Assembly: GCA_002269645.1 (NCBI GenBank)
Contig: NIVC01000621.1
Location: forward strand, 62,001-126,000
Reading direction: 5' to 3'
Source: Macrostomum lignano
Lineage: Eukaryota
DNA length: 64,000 nucleotides
The translations under genes and the position numbers were made by a program. Every line of letters starts with the position of its first letter. The first letter of the stretch is position 1. The notes below the pieces were generated by a model. The model was not told the DNA's origin. It did not search any database and was given only the letters and a program-made list of their open reading frames with translations. Shown piece after piece: positions 39,815 to 53,146 of this stretch.

Positions 39815-40032
39815 CAGGGGCGAATTTGGGGGGGGGGCTTCAAATCTAAAATAGCTTGACCGAACATATTGCGCCCCACAAAAACCTATATTTGCGCCCC
39901 CTACACTTGATTTTTCGCCCCCCTACACGAATTTTTTGCGCCCCCGGCTTAAAAATTGGCACCCCTTACACTCGTGTTGGCGCCCCAAACTTGGACCGCC
40001 CCTCCCAAAATGAAACTCTAGATCCGCCACTG
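39815..40032. mobile_element. hAT-type MITE
   Basis: TIRs CAGGGGCGAATTT / AGATCCGCCACTG and an 8-bp TSD CACGTAAC. Confidence 0.88.
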
Positions 40033-40651
40033 CACGTAACTAATGCAACTAATACAAGGAAAAACAAGTTTGCATTTTGCCGTTCATTTGGTGTTATTAT
40101 TCGGACTCGTAAACACAGATATAATCAGAATCCGATAAATCAGGTGTTATACTTAAATATAGGCATTTACTTTTATACTTGTTGCATATGAACTAACAAA
40201 AATCGACTTTTCTATCTCCTCTATTTATTATAACTTTTGCGTGTGATGGGCGTTTTACTCTTTGTGCTTCTGTATGTAGCTATTTAGGAACCTTTCGCGA
40301 ATAGTTAGCTAAACGATTAATGAGGGCCTCGCGTGATAACTTTGAGTACGAAGAGATTTCAGTTTTTTATTTATAATATAGCCGCGCTCTTGCCTGGGTC
40401 AATCAATCTTTCGACGGCTCAAACTTTACTGTTTGCCTGCATAGCTAATTTAGCTTCGGATAAGTGTTAGTCAATTTAAGTTTCGCCTTTGTTATTTGTT
40501 CTACTAGCAATTGGACAATATGTAGAAAATATTTCGACAATTTAACTTACGGATTTAAATAAAGTTAATTTTTTAACTTTTTATGTTGGGTAACATAATG
40601 CATGGCGATGAAATCTGCTAACAAGAGCCTCAGTTTGAGCAGAATCGAGTC

Positions 40652-40837
40652 GGCCGGGTCGACTCGGTTTACGGAGTTTAGGGTACCAAAGGATGCGTCT
40701 TTAACGAGTACGTCGCGTTCCGATCCGATCAGGTCGTACCAAATTACCTCGTTAGGTTTAGAGAGGTGAGCAGAGGTGACCGGAGCAGAGATTTTGTCGG
40801 TGCAAAAATCCATGCAATCGAATGTGGTCGAGCTTAG
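40652..40837 (+). pseudogene. ART C-terminal relic (sixth copy)
   Basis: Reads GRVDSVYGV*GTKGCVFNEYVAFRSDQVVPNYLVRF with TAG at 40679-40681, matching GFDSVFAKR...GVLNDEYIVYRPDQVTPRYLVKF. Confidence 0.72.
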
Positions 40838-43289
40838 AATTGTTGGCATTTGTTGATCTCTTGATGACATTGATCTCGAGATTAAAGGTTGCATTAAGAG
40901 AGCTTAAGGCACCAATCAATTACGTCTTGAACATGTTCAAAACATGTCTATTTCCATGAATAGTACTCATATTAAGTCTAAAAACAACCATGCCTACAAA
41001 GCATGCATTCGAACATTAAAACATTCGGAGATAGTTGAGCTATGGGTCTGATTCAAAGGCTAACCAACTGCGGATAATGTGGTAATGTGATAGGGATGCT
41101 GGGGTCAAAAAGCTGCTGTTGGAAATCCCGGCTTTGTAACTCGCAAGGCGATGGCTGCAGGTTCTCAAACATTTCAACTGCATGGCCCTTTACTTGTTTG
41201 TCACCAACGACCGTATGTGACTGCCGTACACTGATATGGTAGTTACAATCACTCTGCACAGTTGTGCCTCAAATAGTGCCGCAAATAACGGGGTGGCCAC
41301 CCATAATACGTTCAATTTTGAGAGTCATTTGGGGCTGATAGGGTGGCCCTGTACAAGAACGGTGCCAGCTTGTGTGGGCAACCAATTACGCCAAAGTTCG
41401 CCGGTGAAAACTATGCGCCCAAATATAAGAAGCTGTTTGAGAGAGCCTTGGATAAATGAATCACGTTTTGGATATTGAATTTTTATATTCGGATAATCGT
41501 GCGGTCACTGCTTATTTACCTGGAATCTATAGTGCCCGACTAAACTGGGTATACACACAAGTAATATGCTCCATGAAAGAGTGTTTGACACAACAGATAA
41601 AGTTTTAAGCCGCCCTACCTGCTGGGATTAACAGTAGGAATACCAACCTGTTTTTCCGCACGTCGAACTGCCAAGGGGGATTTTGTACGAGTATGTCGGA
41701 GTTGCTTCGTTTCAGCGCAGCTAAAAAATTTCAGGGGAAATTCCCTCTCCTTGAATCGCTGTTAAGGAAAAAAGGACAAACTAATCTAATTACTAATATA
41801 AAACTAATATAATTGAATAATAAGAGTTAAATTGAAGTTACAGAAGTGAGTGGGGCGCAGGGCCCAAACCAGTATACTTGTATTTATATCAGACATTAAC
41901 TTAGGGGGGGGCTTGAGTCCAGAATAGGGTTGAAGTTCGCGACTAGAGAGAGGCGAGAAAAAAGAGCCAACAGAGACAAGTGAAGGTTACCTAAAGAAAT
42001 GACTAAGTCGCGAAAATCGTTTAATATCTCGACGATCTCGATTTAATATCTCTCGAGTGCAGTGTACCTGAGTTGCTTCGTCTCGGCGCAGCAAAACAAT
42101 TGACGGGAGAATTTCCCTTGCTGGTTCTACTGTTTATGTTTTGGTGTTTGGTTACTTTGACAACTCTGTGCAGATCACTAGAAGCTGCAGGCAGCCTATT
42201 CTAGACTACGTACTTGTATGAGCACCTTGGAAATTTGGAATGTCTAAAAGCTTTTGGTAAAGGTGCGCTTTTGCCTTCTTGACAGAATTCCTGCACCTGG
42301 TTGCTCTGTGGCATATGTAATTAATTTTGACCTGGCAGGACAACCTGCCAGGCACCTACTGGGATTGATTCGCCTGCACGATGATAAGAGCGTGACATTT
42401 TAAACCCCTGTGCATTGAGTGCATTGACGTGTGCTACAATTGCTTTTGGCTTAGTTTTCGAAGCATGTAAACTCACATGTTGCTTTGAATCGACAATACC
42501 CTCGATGTGTAGCGCTGATATTGTAAAGCACTTTTTATAGGGGCTGAGGCCATCCATTAAAACAATTAGTTTGAAAACGATTTCATAGTTTAAAAACGTG
42601 CTCTACGTGCGTACAAATAAAATAGTTTTAACAATTGTTGTGCTTACGCGAACTCGCCCCAAAAAAGCACCAAAAATTGACCCCGACGTCCGTAATACTT
42701 CGGCCACCCTTGCTGGTGTTAATCAAAGTGGTAAAACTTAAAAGGTCGGTGCACTTGCTTGCCGCTGTGCTAGATGCCGTCATCAGCTTCACTCAGGTGA
42801 GAGAGAAAATAGAAGGATAGAGAAGAGCGATGAGGGGAGAGAAGAGAGAAGAGAGCTGAGAAGATATGCAAACCTTGAGTGGGGCGAATGACTGTTGTGA
42901 GTTTTCAAAGGACCCAAAGGCCGGATAGAGAGGCTTCGCGGGCCGCCTGTGACCCGCAGGCCTGAGTTCGCCAACCCTAACCGGTACAATATGGAATGTA
43001 CATCTTTGCAATTTTGGTTTAATTTCAACGGGATTGCAAGCTTTCAGTGTTTTCTATCTCGACGATTAGCTGTTACTGTGTTAACTCGGCCCAGAAGCAA
43101 AAGCACAATTTAGTGTTGGCGCTCCAGTGTACATTCTGTCTATCCATCTATTCATGTCTGCTTGTGCACTTTATCTATAAATAGCCATGATGCGCTCATA
43201 AAAGAGAGCCGTTGCTGCAGCTGAGCAGTTTTTGGGCTTTAAAATATCCTTGATGACTTTTTCTCGGTAGCTGCCCAATTTCAGACGGA

Positions 43290-43592
43290 ATGGGCAATCA
43301 GGCGAGCCGGAGATCGACTGCCAAACTTGCCAGGAGCAGAGCGAGCGTGGCTGCCAGGAGCAGAGCGAGCGTGGCTGAGTCATTGAACCCTACCAGCAGT
43401 CACTTCGACTACACTGTTCCTGAAAAGTTGCAGAAAAACATTGCTCATTCAGCAGTTTTTGATAGATTCTGTCGAACAGCCAAAGAGCATAGAAAATCGT
43501 CTGCGAGCTATTGTGAAGAAATTGATTCTGCATTGCTCAGATTACAGACCGAACAGCCTCTGCCATTGACGGAGAGGAGAGATGCTGGTTTG
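43290..43592 (+). CDS. Orphan leader exon MGNQASRRS... (101 codons), paralog of the 17192 leader
   Basis: The promoter, TATA (43176) and first about 25 codons resemble 16860-17270. There is a phase-0 GTAAGA donor at 43593; no downstream exon was recognised. Confidence 0.5.
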
Positions 43593-44775
43593 GTAAGAAT
43601 TTCATTTACACCCCTCATTAACAACTATCGTAGATGGACACTTACACTCGTTAATGGAGTGATTTGTCTGCAAAATGAATCATCGATGAAGAGAGTTTTT
43701 AGCCCCGAGTTTTTTAGCGTCCGAGTAGCAAATAGAGAAATTTTTCAATTTATCCAGGTTGATCACTAAGTTGGCTTAACTAGCAGAAGGTAACACACAA
43801 TTCTCCAAATGAAAATTTAAAAAAATTTTTGGTTGCACGCCGTGAAGTAAGAGTGAGACAATGTTAATTTATTGTTACAAGCATCTCTATTTATACATGT
43901 GCCAGGTTTAATTTTACTGTTTTCTTCGCTTACATGATAGAACGACTTTCAAACACACTGGCCTCGAAAGGCCCTATTACGAATGTGAAGTGCACCCTGA
44001 GGCACTTTGCACATCTCAAAGCTCGCCGTACGGAATCCGAATACTAGCTTTTTGCTGTCAGTTTGAGTTTCGGAGTAGTTGACTGAATCGAGAGCTGACT
44101 GCGAAAAGCTATATTATTCAAGGCTGTATTTTATAGTCAACAAGATGTTAAAACACGCTGATTTTGAACCCGCAAAATTTAAATCCCTTCAACTTTAACT
44201 ACTTTTGCATACATTATAAAATCTGAAGTCATTTCTCAAAGAAAATTTTTTAATAGTTACTCGTAGTCACAAAATTGGGCTAAATTCGTGTGAAATTTAG
44301 ATTTGAGACGTGCATTGATCTCGTCGGCTGGGGTGCCCCGCGTATAATGACAGACAACTCTGTTTAAAGAATGCGTTGGAAAACTCTGGCCATTGGCCTC
44401 TCTTTCCTTCCCTTGGTAATTTGAAAATTTTATCCTATCTTTCCTATCTTCGCTCCTTACTCTTCTCTTCTCCCTCCTCTCTCTTCTCTCTTTTCCCTTC
44501 TACCTTCTCTTTCCTCTATCCATTCTTTTCTCATCTCATATATCATCTCGTCTCTCTCATCTCTCATCTTACCTCTCCCCTCTCCTCTATTATCTCTACT
44601 CTCTTAATATCTCTTCTCTCTCCTCTATTCTTTGCCATTTGCTGACTGATTTTTCAAGCCTTTTGCCCAGTTCATGAGAGAAATTTGTGCAGCTTCAGCT
44701 CCACCGTAGAAGTCAAGAAACACAATACGCTTTCTTTGGAGGCATTTAAAATTTCAAATTGGCTTCAGATAAAAA

Positions 44776-46060
44776 CTAGCAATCTTCGCCCCCCGTTGGG
44801 GGGCATCTGTATAGAACCTCTGCTCTCTACAAGTAACAAAAAGATCGCCAAATAAAGCCTTCACAAAGAAAACAGACAAAATACTCAAATGAAGTGCAAT
44901 GCAAAAAGAAATCATCCCAAGACAGCAAGCATCCCCCAGATAGCAAGCATCCCCCAGACAGCAAGCATCCCTCAGATTGCAAGCATCCCCCAGATTGCAA
45001 GCATCCCCCAGACAGCAAGCATCCCCCAGACAGCAAGCATCCCCCAGATAGCAAGCATCCCCCAGAATGCAAGCATTCCCCGATTAGCAAGCATCCCCCA
45101 GATAGCAAGCATCCCCCAGATAGCAAGCATCCCCCAGATAGCAAGCATCCCCCAGATAGCAAGCATCCACCAGACAATAAGTAGCTAGTGCGACAATTTC
45201 CTTAGCATTATAGTGGCTCCTTTAAAATTCGCTTACTTTTACGTTTTAAATTGTGTAACTTTTATGTTTAACATGGCGGCTCTTTAATGTTTTACATGGT
45301 GGCTCTTTTAATGTAGGTTTGACATGATGGCTCTTTAATGTCTGACATGGTGGCTCTTCTATGTTTGGCATGGTGGCTCTTTTATGTTTGACATGGTAAC
45401 TCTTTTATATTCGATATGTTGGCTCTTTAATGTTCGACATGGTGGCTCTTCTATGTTTGACATCGCGCTTTTTTATGTTTAGCAGTTTTGTGTTTTTAAG
45501 GTGTTTTAATAAAAAAATATTTTTGCACTACTAAGATTCGAACCCAGGTCGCTACATTAACAGTCCAGTAGTCTGTTCTCATCCAGGCTATCTCTTTTCA
45601 ATTGGAGAACTTGAATTGTGGCCCTTATAATTCAATTCTTTCAGAAAGTCAATTGGAGTAAAAAGTTATGAGATAATCAATTTCTCAGTCAGCCAGTATA
45701 TCAGTCTCAATTTAAGTTAGCGATATTGGCTACGCAATTTAAATCAAGTCTTGTGTGCATTTCTTCGGCACTGTTTTCAACTTGTTGTATGCAATCTTTA
45801 TCACAATCGGAATTCAGCCAGTCAGTTTTTTCTCTAGCATTCTTACAATGCATTCCAGGTCGAAAGAGCTGCTTGACCTTTGCAAAAAAGCATGTTTTTC
45901 AAATATTTAATCCCTTTAACACTGAGCAATTTTTTAGCCACGATTCATGTACCGTCCCAGGAAAATTTCTGATCGAATGGTGCAACTTTGAAGAAAATCG
46001 GTTAAGCCATTTTTTCTCAAATCTATCGCATACCTACCCACAGACAACTCATTCTCTCTC
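44776..46060 (-). mobile_element. Non-autonomous Helitron with an 18-bp repeat; twin of 53534-54474
   Basis: 3' CTAG preceded by the hairpin GCCCCCC-AACG-GGGGGC; internal (CCCCCAGATAGCAAGCAT)n at 44925-45175. Confidence 0.8.
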
Positions 46061-46952
46061 TCTCTATATATACTAAAGCTGACGTCGTGGTCCGGTGGTA
46101 GGGTGGGCCGGTGGGCCGGGTTTGTCGACGATCTCCTCCTAGGATTCTTGCAACTCAACTTTCAAACCGGTACCAAAACATGTCAAATGTCCCGACGATG
46201 CTACAATTTAAAATTCATTTTCAAATTTCAATTTTAAGTGCTTCAAAAAAGCAGAAAACAGCACAAACCAGATGTCTATGTCTATCGCATTCCATGGACT
46301 TCCCACTTGACGCTATTTTGTATGGTTGCGCCACAACTTTTCTCCTATCTCTGCAGTGTATTTCATTTCAGCTGGGGGAGGGTCGCCGGCACTTGAGAAT
46401 TGGCGGCCTACTTGCTCAGTGTTAAAAAGGGGTGGAGGTGCACACTGCGCGAGAATGGATGGCTTGATTTTTTAACTCATCACAGAGTGTACATTGCGCT
46501 CTGCAAGTAAGAAACGGGAAAAGTTGCACCTTAATTTCTGCTTTTAATTTTCAAGCTACAGAAAAGTGAATCACACCGTTGGAAAGAGTTTGAAAAACTG
46601 AACAGAATGGTATAATTTTCTGTTCCGAAATCTCAACTGCATCAGAGCAATTTGTCATAGAAAATTTCTTGATTTCAATTGTGAAAACGTTAAGTGGCTG
46701 GGGAGGGGTTTCATTAATTTCAATTCTGACTGTGCAATGCACAAGCCTAGACTCTCCCTGTGCATTTGGGGAGGTGCATGGGCTATAGACTGATTTTCAT
46801 ATTGAGTGATTGGCTGGAGATAATATTGAGATTAAATAAATGAATCACCGCAGTGTACACAGTCCAAATAGCGAAAGCTCATTGATTTTTCAACTCTCCT
46901 ATGATTGAATTCCATATAAACTGATGCTTCTCAAGTCAAAGTCTTCATAAAT

Positions 46953-49900
46953 TCTACATATACTAAAGTTCACGTGTTGTTTGTCTGTCATTTCGACAAC
47001 TCCTCCTTGAATAGTGGCAACTCAGCGTTGAAACTTATACGAGCATGGGAAGATTGGAAATTATCCGAGGTCGGCTATAGGCTATTTTAATTTTGAAATT
47101 TTAATTTCTAAGATCCTCAAAAAAGCAGAAAACTTGAATCTTGACCTTTGATAATCTTAATTGTCCCCTCTTTCTGCTTGGAGCTGAAAAATGCAAGAAT
47201 TTTTAGTGATTGCGCCACAACTTTTCCCTATCTCTGTAGTGTATTTTCTTTCCAGTGGGGGGTGGGAGCGTTCTCAGTGGCTGCGTGTGTACACTTGGAC
47301 CCTGGCTCACTGGCTGACTTTATAGATAATTGCGCAATGATATGGCTACTGATAAGTTTTCCTGCCTCTCAATGGGCAGCCCTGTGTATTTGTTGGACAT
47401 TGAAATTCAATGCATCAACTTGCAAGCAGGCAGTGAACGTACACTCGATACTTCAATGCTATAAATCAGACAGTTTCAAACGCTAACTGTTCCTCGAGTT
47501 TTAAACTTTGAGAGGAGAAACTTATATTGCTGGAAAGATCTTGCAACACTGAGTTCGGGGATATAAGTTGTTTGCTTTAAATATGAAAAGAAAAAGCACA
47601 GCATTTGAAAAACGATTTCCATACTTTTAACTTTCTGCAAAGATTGTACTTTAATCTGCAAAGATTGTTGGGGGGAGGGTTCAACTTCTCACTGCTGCTG
47701 TGTATTAGAGGGTTGATTTAGATTGCGCAATGTTTTTGTTAACTTTACCTGAGGCTGATACTGACTGACTGTGAAATCGGTTGCGCAATGAATTGATTCA
47801 ATTAGTTCAATATTTTTATCTGTGCCTTTTAACACGAAGCTGTGCGTAGTTCTAACCCTAACCCTAACCCTAACCCTAAGCCTAACCCTAATGAATCTGG
47901 CGGGTTGAGTTGTTTGACGGAAAAAATTCGATTAAGTCAAGTTTAGCGGAGACGATTTCAATGTTTAAATTCTGACGGAGAAGATTTCTGTTTCGTGGAG
48001 AGGATTTCGATGGTGTTCAGTTTCACGAAAGGATTTCCATGGTGTTCAGTTTCACGGAGAGGATTTCGATCATGTTCAGCTTCACGGAGAGGCTTTCTGT
48101 TTCTCGGAGATAATTTATGATTGATTTCTGTTTTATGGAAACAATTTTGATGGATTCAGGTTTCAAGGAGAGGATTTCGAAGGAGTCCAGTTTCACTGAG
48201 AGGATTTCGATGGTTTTTAGTTGCACAGACAGGATTTTTGCTTCGCGGAGAGGATCTTGATGGATTTGGCATCTTCAATCAGTCAGAGAAGAGAGTAAAG
48301 AGAAGACTGAAAAGAGAAGAGAGAAGAGATGATAGAAAACAGAGTATAATTGAGTGGAGAGATTAGACATGACAGATTGGAGATGATAGGAGAGAGAATA
48401 GATGAGGGATAAGAGCGTACAGAGGCAATAGAAGAGAGGGGAGAGTAGAGGAGAAAGAAAGAGTGAGATGAGGAGATGAGGGATGAGAGAGGAGGGGAGA
48501 GAGGAGACAGGAGAGAGTACAGACGAAAGACTAGGGAGAAGATATAAATAAGGTAGTAAAGATGAGAGGAGAGAGAGGAGAGAGAAGCGAAAGGAGAAGA
48601 GAGTGAGGAGAGAGGAGAGAGATGAAAGGAGCAAGGAAAGGAGAAAAGAGAGAATGGAGAGAATAGAAAAGAGAGAAGAGAAGAGACAGGGGATAGTGAA
48701 AAGGAGGAAGAAAGATGGGAGACAAGAAAGTAGTGTCAGAGCGTATATGAAATATGAGAAATGAGAGCAGAGAGAAGAGAAAAGAGAAGAGAGAGAGAGG
48801 GTTAAGAGAGACGATAGATAAGTGAGTAGAGATGACATATGAGAGAGGAGAGAAGAGGGAGAGATAAGAGTGAAGAGAGGAGACAGAAGACAGGAGAAGG
48901 TACAGACGAAAGACGAGGGAGAAGAGATAAATAAGGGAGCAGGGGTAGAGATGAGATGAGAGAGAGGAGAGAGGAGATATGAGAGACTTGAGAGTCTTTG
49001 AGCTATGGTCTTTGAAAGATTTTGTAAAGAATTTGGAGACGATTTGGAAGATAGGGTTAAAGACATGGAATTTCAGTTGATGGATATTACAGGGAATAGA
49101 ATTCCGGTGATGGGAGTTCTTCCCCTTTCTCCTCCGAAGGAGGAGTTCCACTCGTACATATACTAAAGTTCACGTGTTTTTTTTCTGTCATTTCGACAAC
49201 TCCTCCTTGAATAGTGGCAACTCAGCGTTGAAACTTATATGGGAAGATTGGAAATTATCCGAGGTCGGCTATAGGCTATTTTAATTCTGAAATTTTAATT
49301 TCTAAGATCCTCAAAAAAGCAGAAAACTTGAATCTTGGCCTTTGATAATCTTAATTGTCCCCTCTTTCTGCTTGGAGCTGAAAAATGCATGAATTTTTAG
49401 TGATTGCGCCACAACTTTTCCCTATCTCTGTAGTGTATTTTCTTTCCAGTGGGGGGTGGGAGCGTTCTCAGTGGCTGCGTGTGTACACTTGGACCCTAGC
49501 TAACTGGCGGACAGTGAAATTCAATGCATCAACTTGCGAGCCTCTTTAGCAGGCAGTGAACGTACACTCGATATTTCAATGCTTTAAATCAAAAAGTTTC
49601 AAATGCTAACTGTTGCTCGATTTATGAACTTTGAGAGGAGAGACTTATATTGCTGGAAAGATCTTGCAACGCTGAGTTCAGGAATATAAGTTGTTTGCTT
49701 TAACTGTAAAAATTAAAAGCACAGCATTCAAAAATGATTTCTTTACTTTTAATTTTAACTTGCTGCAAAGATTGTACTTATTTTTGCGATAGGTCAGAGA
49801 TAAATTTAGGGGGTTCAATTGCCAATTGCCACTGCGTAGTGGAAGGCGGTCGGGCGCTGTGTATTAGACGGCTGATTTAGATTGCGCAATGTTTTTCTTA

Positions 49901-52900
49901 ACTTTAACTGAGACTGATAATGACTGACTGTAAAATCGGTTGCGCCATCAATTTGTTTTATTATCTGTGCCTTTCAATAGGCTGCCCTGTGTAGTAGCCG
50001 GCCTGTGTAATGAATGAACAAACTTGCGAGCCTCTTCGGCAGGCAGTGAACGTACACTCGATGGTTCAATGCTTTAAAACGGGAACTTTCAAACGCTAAC
50101 TGCTCTTCGAGTTCTAAACTTTCGGAGAAGAGACTTATATTGCTGAAAAGATCTTGCAACACTGAGTTCGAGGATATAAATTGTTTGCTTTAAATATAAA
50201 GACTAAAAGCACAGCATCAAAAAACTACTTCCATACTTTTAGCTTTCTGCAAAGATTGTATTCATTTTTTTGATTCAATGCCCCTAACAGTTGGGGGTTC
50301 AATTTCTAACTGCCACTGCGTATTGAAAAGGGGCCGGTCTCTGTGTACTGGAGGGTTGATTTAAATTGCGCAATCTTTTTGTTAACTTTAACTGAGACTG
50401 ATACTGACTGACTGAGAAATCGGTTGTGCAATCAATTGATTCAATTGGTTCATTTTTTATTTGAACACGCAGCTGTGTCTAGCCCTAACCCTAACCCTAA
50501 CCCTAACCCTAACCCTAACCAATGAATCCTGATATTTATTCTTTTTGACGGAGAAAATTTCGATTGAGTCCAATTTAAAAGAGAGAATTTTGATGGTTTT
50601 CAGTTTCACGGAGAGGATTTCTGTTTCGCGGAGAGGATTTCAATGGTTTTCAGTTTCACGGAGAGGATTTCTGCTTCGCGGAGAGGATCTTGATAGATTT
50701 GGCATCTTCAATCAGTCATAAAAGCGAGTAAAGAGAAGATCGAAAAGAGAAGAAAGATGAGATGGTAGAAAACGGAGTAGAAATGAGTGGATAGATTAGA
50801 CATGACAGATCGAAGAGAAGAGGGGAGTAAGGCGGGAACGAAGAGGGAGAGAGAAGAGAAGAGGAGAGAGGAGATGAGAGGGGAGATATGAGATAGCAGA
50901 GGGAGACAAGAGAGATAATAGGAAAGAGAATAGATGACGGATAAGAGCGTACAGAGGAAATAGAAGAGAGGGGAGAGTAGAGGAGAAAGAAAGAGTGAGA
51001 TGAGGGAAGAGATATGAGAGAGGAGATATGAGAGACGTGAGAGTCTTTGAGCTATGGTCTTTAAAAAGTTTTTGTAAAGAATTTGGAGAGATGATAGGAG
51101 AGAGAATAGAGATGAGGGATAAGAGCGTACAGAGGAAATAGAAGAGAGGGGAGAGTAGAGGAGAGAGAAAGAGTGAGATGAGGGAAGAGATATGAGAGAG
51201 GAGATATGAGAGACGTGAGAGTCTTTGAGCTATGGTCTTTAAAAAGTTTTTGTAAAGAATTTGGAGAGATGATAGGAGAGAGAATAGAGATGAGGGATAA
51301 GAGCGTACAGAGGAAATAGAAGAGAGGGGAGAGTAGAGAAGAAAGAAAGAGTGAGATGAGGGAAGAGAGATGAGAGAGGAGAGGGGAGAGAGAAGAGAGA
51401 AGAAAAGAGGGGAGAAATGAGACAGGAGAGAGTAGAGACGAAAGACCAGGAAGAAGATATAAATAAGGGAGTAGGGGTAGAGATGAGATGAGAGAGAGGA
51501 GAGAGAAGAGAGTCACGATAATAGCGAAGAGAGGAGAGAGGAGATATGAGAGACGTGAGAGTCTTTGAGCTATGGTCTTTCAAAGGTTTTGTAAAGAATT
51601 TGGAGACGATTTGAAAGATGGGATTCAAGTCATGGAGTTTCAGCTGATGGATTTCAGGGAATGGAATTCCGGTGATGGGAGTTCTTCCCCTTTCTCCTCC
51701 GGAGGAGGAGTTCCACTCGTCTTATATCTAAAGCTGAGTGGGTCGATCGATCGATCGATCGACCGGCCGGGTTTAACGCGTATCTCCTCCTAGACGGCTG
51801 CCAACTCAAATGCGAGACTTATATATATCAATTCAGAATTTTCCTACGCAACAAATAGGCTATTTTAATGCTGAAAAATTAAAAATCAAGTCCGTTAAAA
51901 AAGCAAAAAACTGTTTTCTTAACCTTCTTTGGCCACTTTTTCTGCTCTGAACTGAAAATTTGCATCAATTTTGAGTGATTGCGCCACAACTTTTTTCCTA
52001 TCTGGGCAGTGCATTTTCTCTCCAGTGGGGGGATGGGGGCGTTCTAAGTGGCTGCGTGTGTACACTTGGACCCTTGCTAACTGGCGGACAGTGAAATTCA
52101 ATGCATGAACTTTCAAGCCTCTCACTGTAGCAGGCAGTGAATGTACACTCAAAAATTCAATGCTTTAAACTGGGAAATTTCAAACAAACTGTTCCTCAAG
52201 TTTTGAACTTTGAGAGAAGAGACTTAAATTGCTGGAAAGATCTTTCAATGCTGATAAAAGTTGTTTGCTTTAAGTATGAAAACTAAAAGCACAGCATCAA
52301 AAAACGATTTCCATACTTTTAACTTTCTGCAAAGATTGTACTCCTTTTTTCGAGACGCAATAGATAAATTTGGGGCTTCAACTTCTAACTGCCGCTGTGT
52401 ATTGGAGGGTTGATTTAGATTGCGCAATCATTTTGTTAACTTTAACTAAGACTGATACTGACTGACTGAAAAATAGATTTCGCAATTAATTGGTTCAATT
52501 GGTTCAGTTTTTTTATTATCGGTGCCTTTCAACAGAAGGCACTGTGCAGCTCTAACCCTAACCCTAACCACTGAATCCTTTTCTTTGCATATATTTAAGC
52601 CAGACAATTAGAAAGCGTTTTTAATACACTCCAATTTAACAGAGTCTGTTGATTAAATTGATGGATTTTTGCTTGAAGGAGATAATATTGATAGATATTC
52701 GTTCAACAGTGAATTTTGATGAATATCGGTTTCACGGAGAGGATTTTGATGGATTTAAGTTTCATGGAGAGGATTTTGATGGATTTAAGTTTCATGGAGA
52801 GGATTTTGATGGATTTAAGTTTCACGGAGAGAATTTTAATGGAGTTCTGTTTCACGGAGAAAATTCTGATGGAGTTCTGTTTCACGGAGAGGATTCTGAT

Positions 52901-53131
52901 GAATATCTGTTTCACGGAGAGTCTTGATCAATATCTGTTTGACTGAGAGAGTTTTTATGAATAAAAATCCGTTTGAAAGAGAGGATTTCAATGGATTTCT
53001 TTTTCATGGAGAGGAATTTGATGGATTTTAGAGAGACCTTGGATGATGGGATTCGGGTCATAGGATTCAGCTGATGGATTCCGATGATGGGAGTTATTCC
53101 CCTTTCTCCTCCAACGGAGGAGTTGGCCTCG
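46953..53131 (+). mobile_element. Three related non-autonomous Helitron-like units in tandem (46953-49154, 49155-51719, 51720-53131)
   Basis: 5' ends (T)CTACATATACTAAAG / TCTTATATCTAAAG and 3' hairpin CTCCTCC...GGAGGAG followed by CTCG. Shared internal blocks, (CCCTAA)n and 30-bp repeats; the first two units also carry AG-rich tracts. Confidence 0.72.
47852..47891. repeat. (CCCTAA)n telomere-type repeat inside the element
   Basis: About 6 units; equivalents at 50483-50521 and 52552-52569. Confidence 0.9.
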
Positions 53132-53146
53132 TTTTATTATATAGGA

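Noticed and set aside
41053-42557. Short ORFs at 41053, 41236 and 42321
   Set aside because: No recognisable motif or supported splice structure.
44827-45188. KHPPDS, IASIPQ and GGCLLS repeat proteins (also 53529-54036)
   Set aside because: An 18-bp stop-free tandem repeat inside non-autonomous Helitrons, open in several frames.
47852-47891. True chromosome end
   Set aside because: Short, internal, and embedded in repeated elements.
48275-51628. Leu/Ser-rich long ORFs
   Set aside because: Translation of AG/CT low-complexity tracts.
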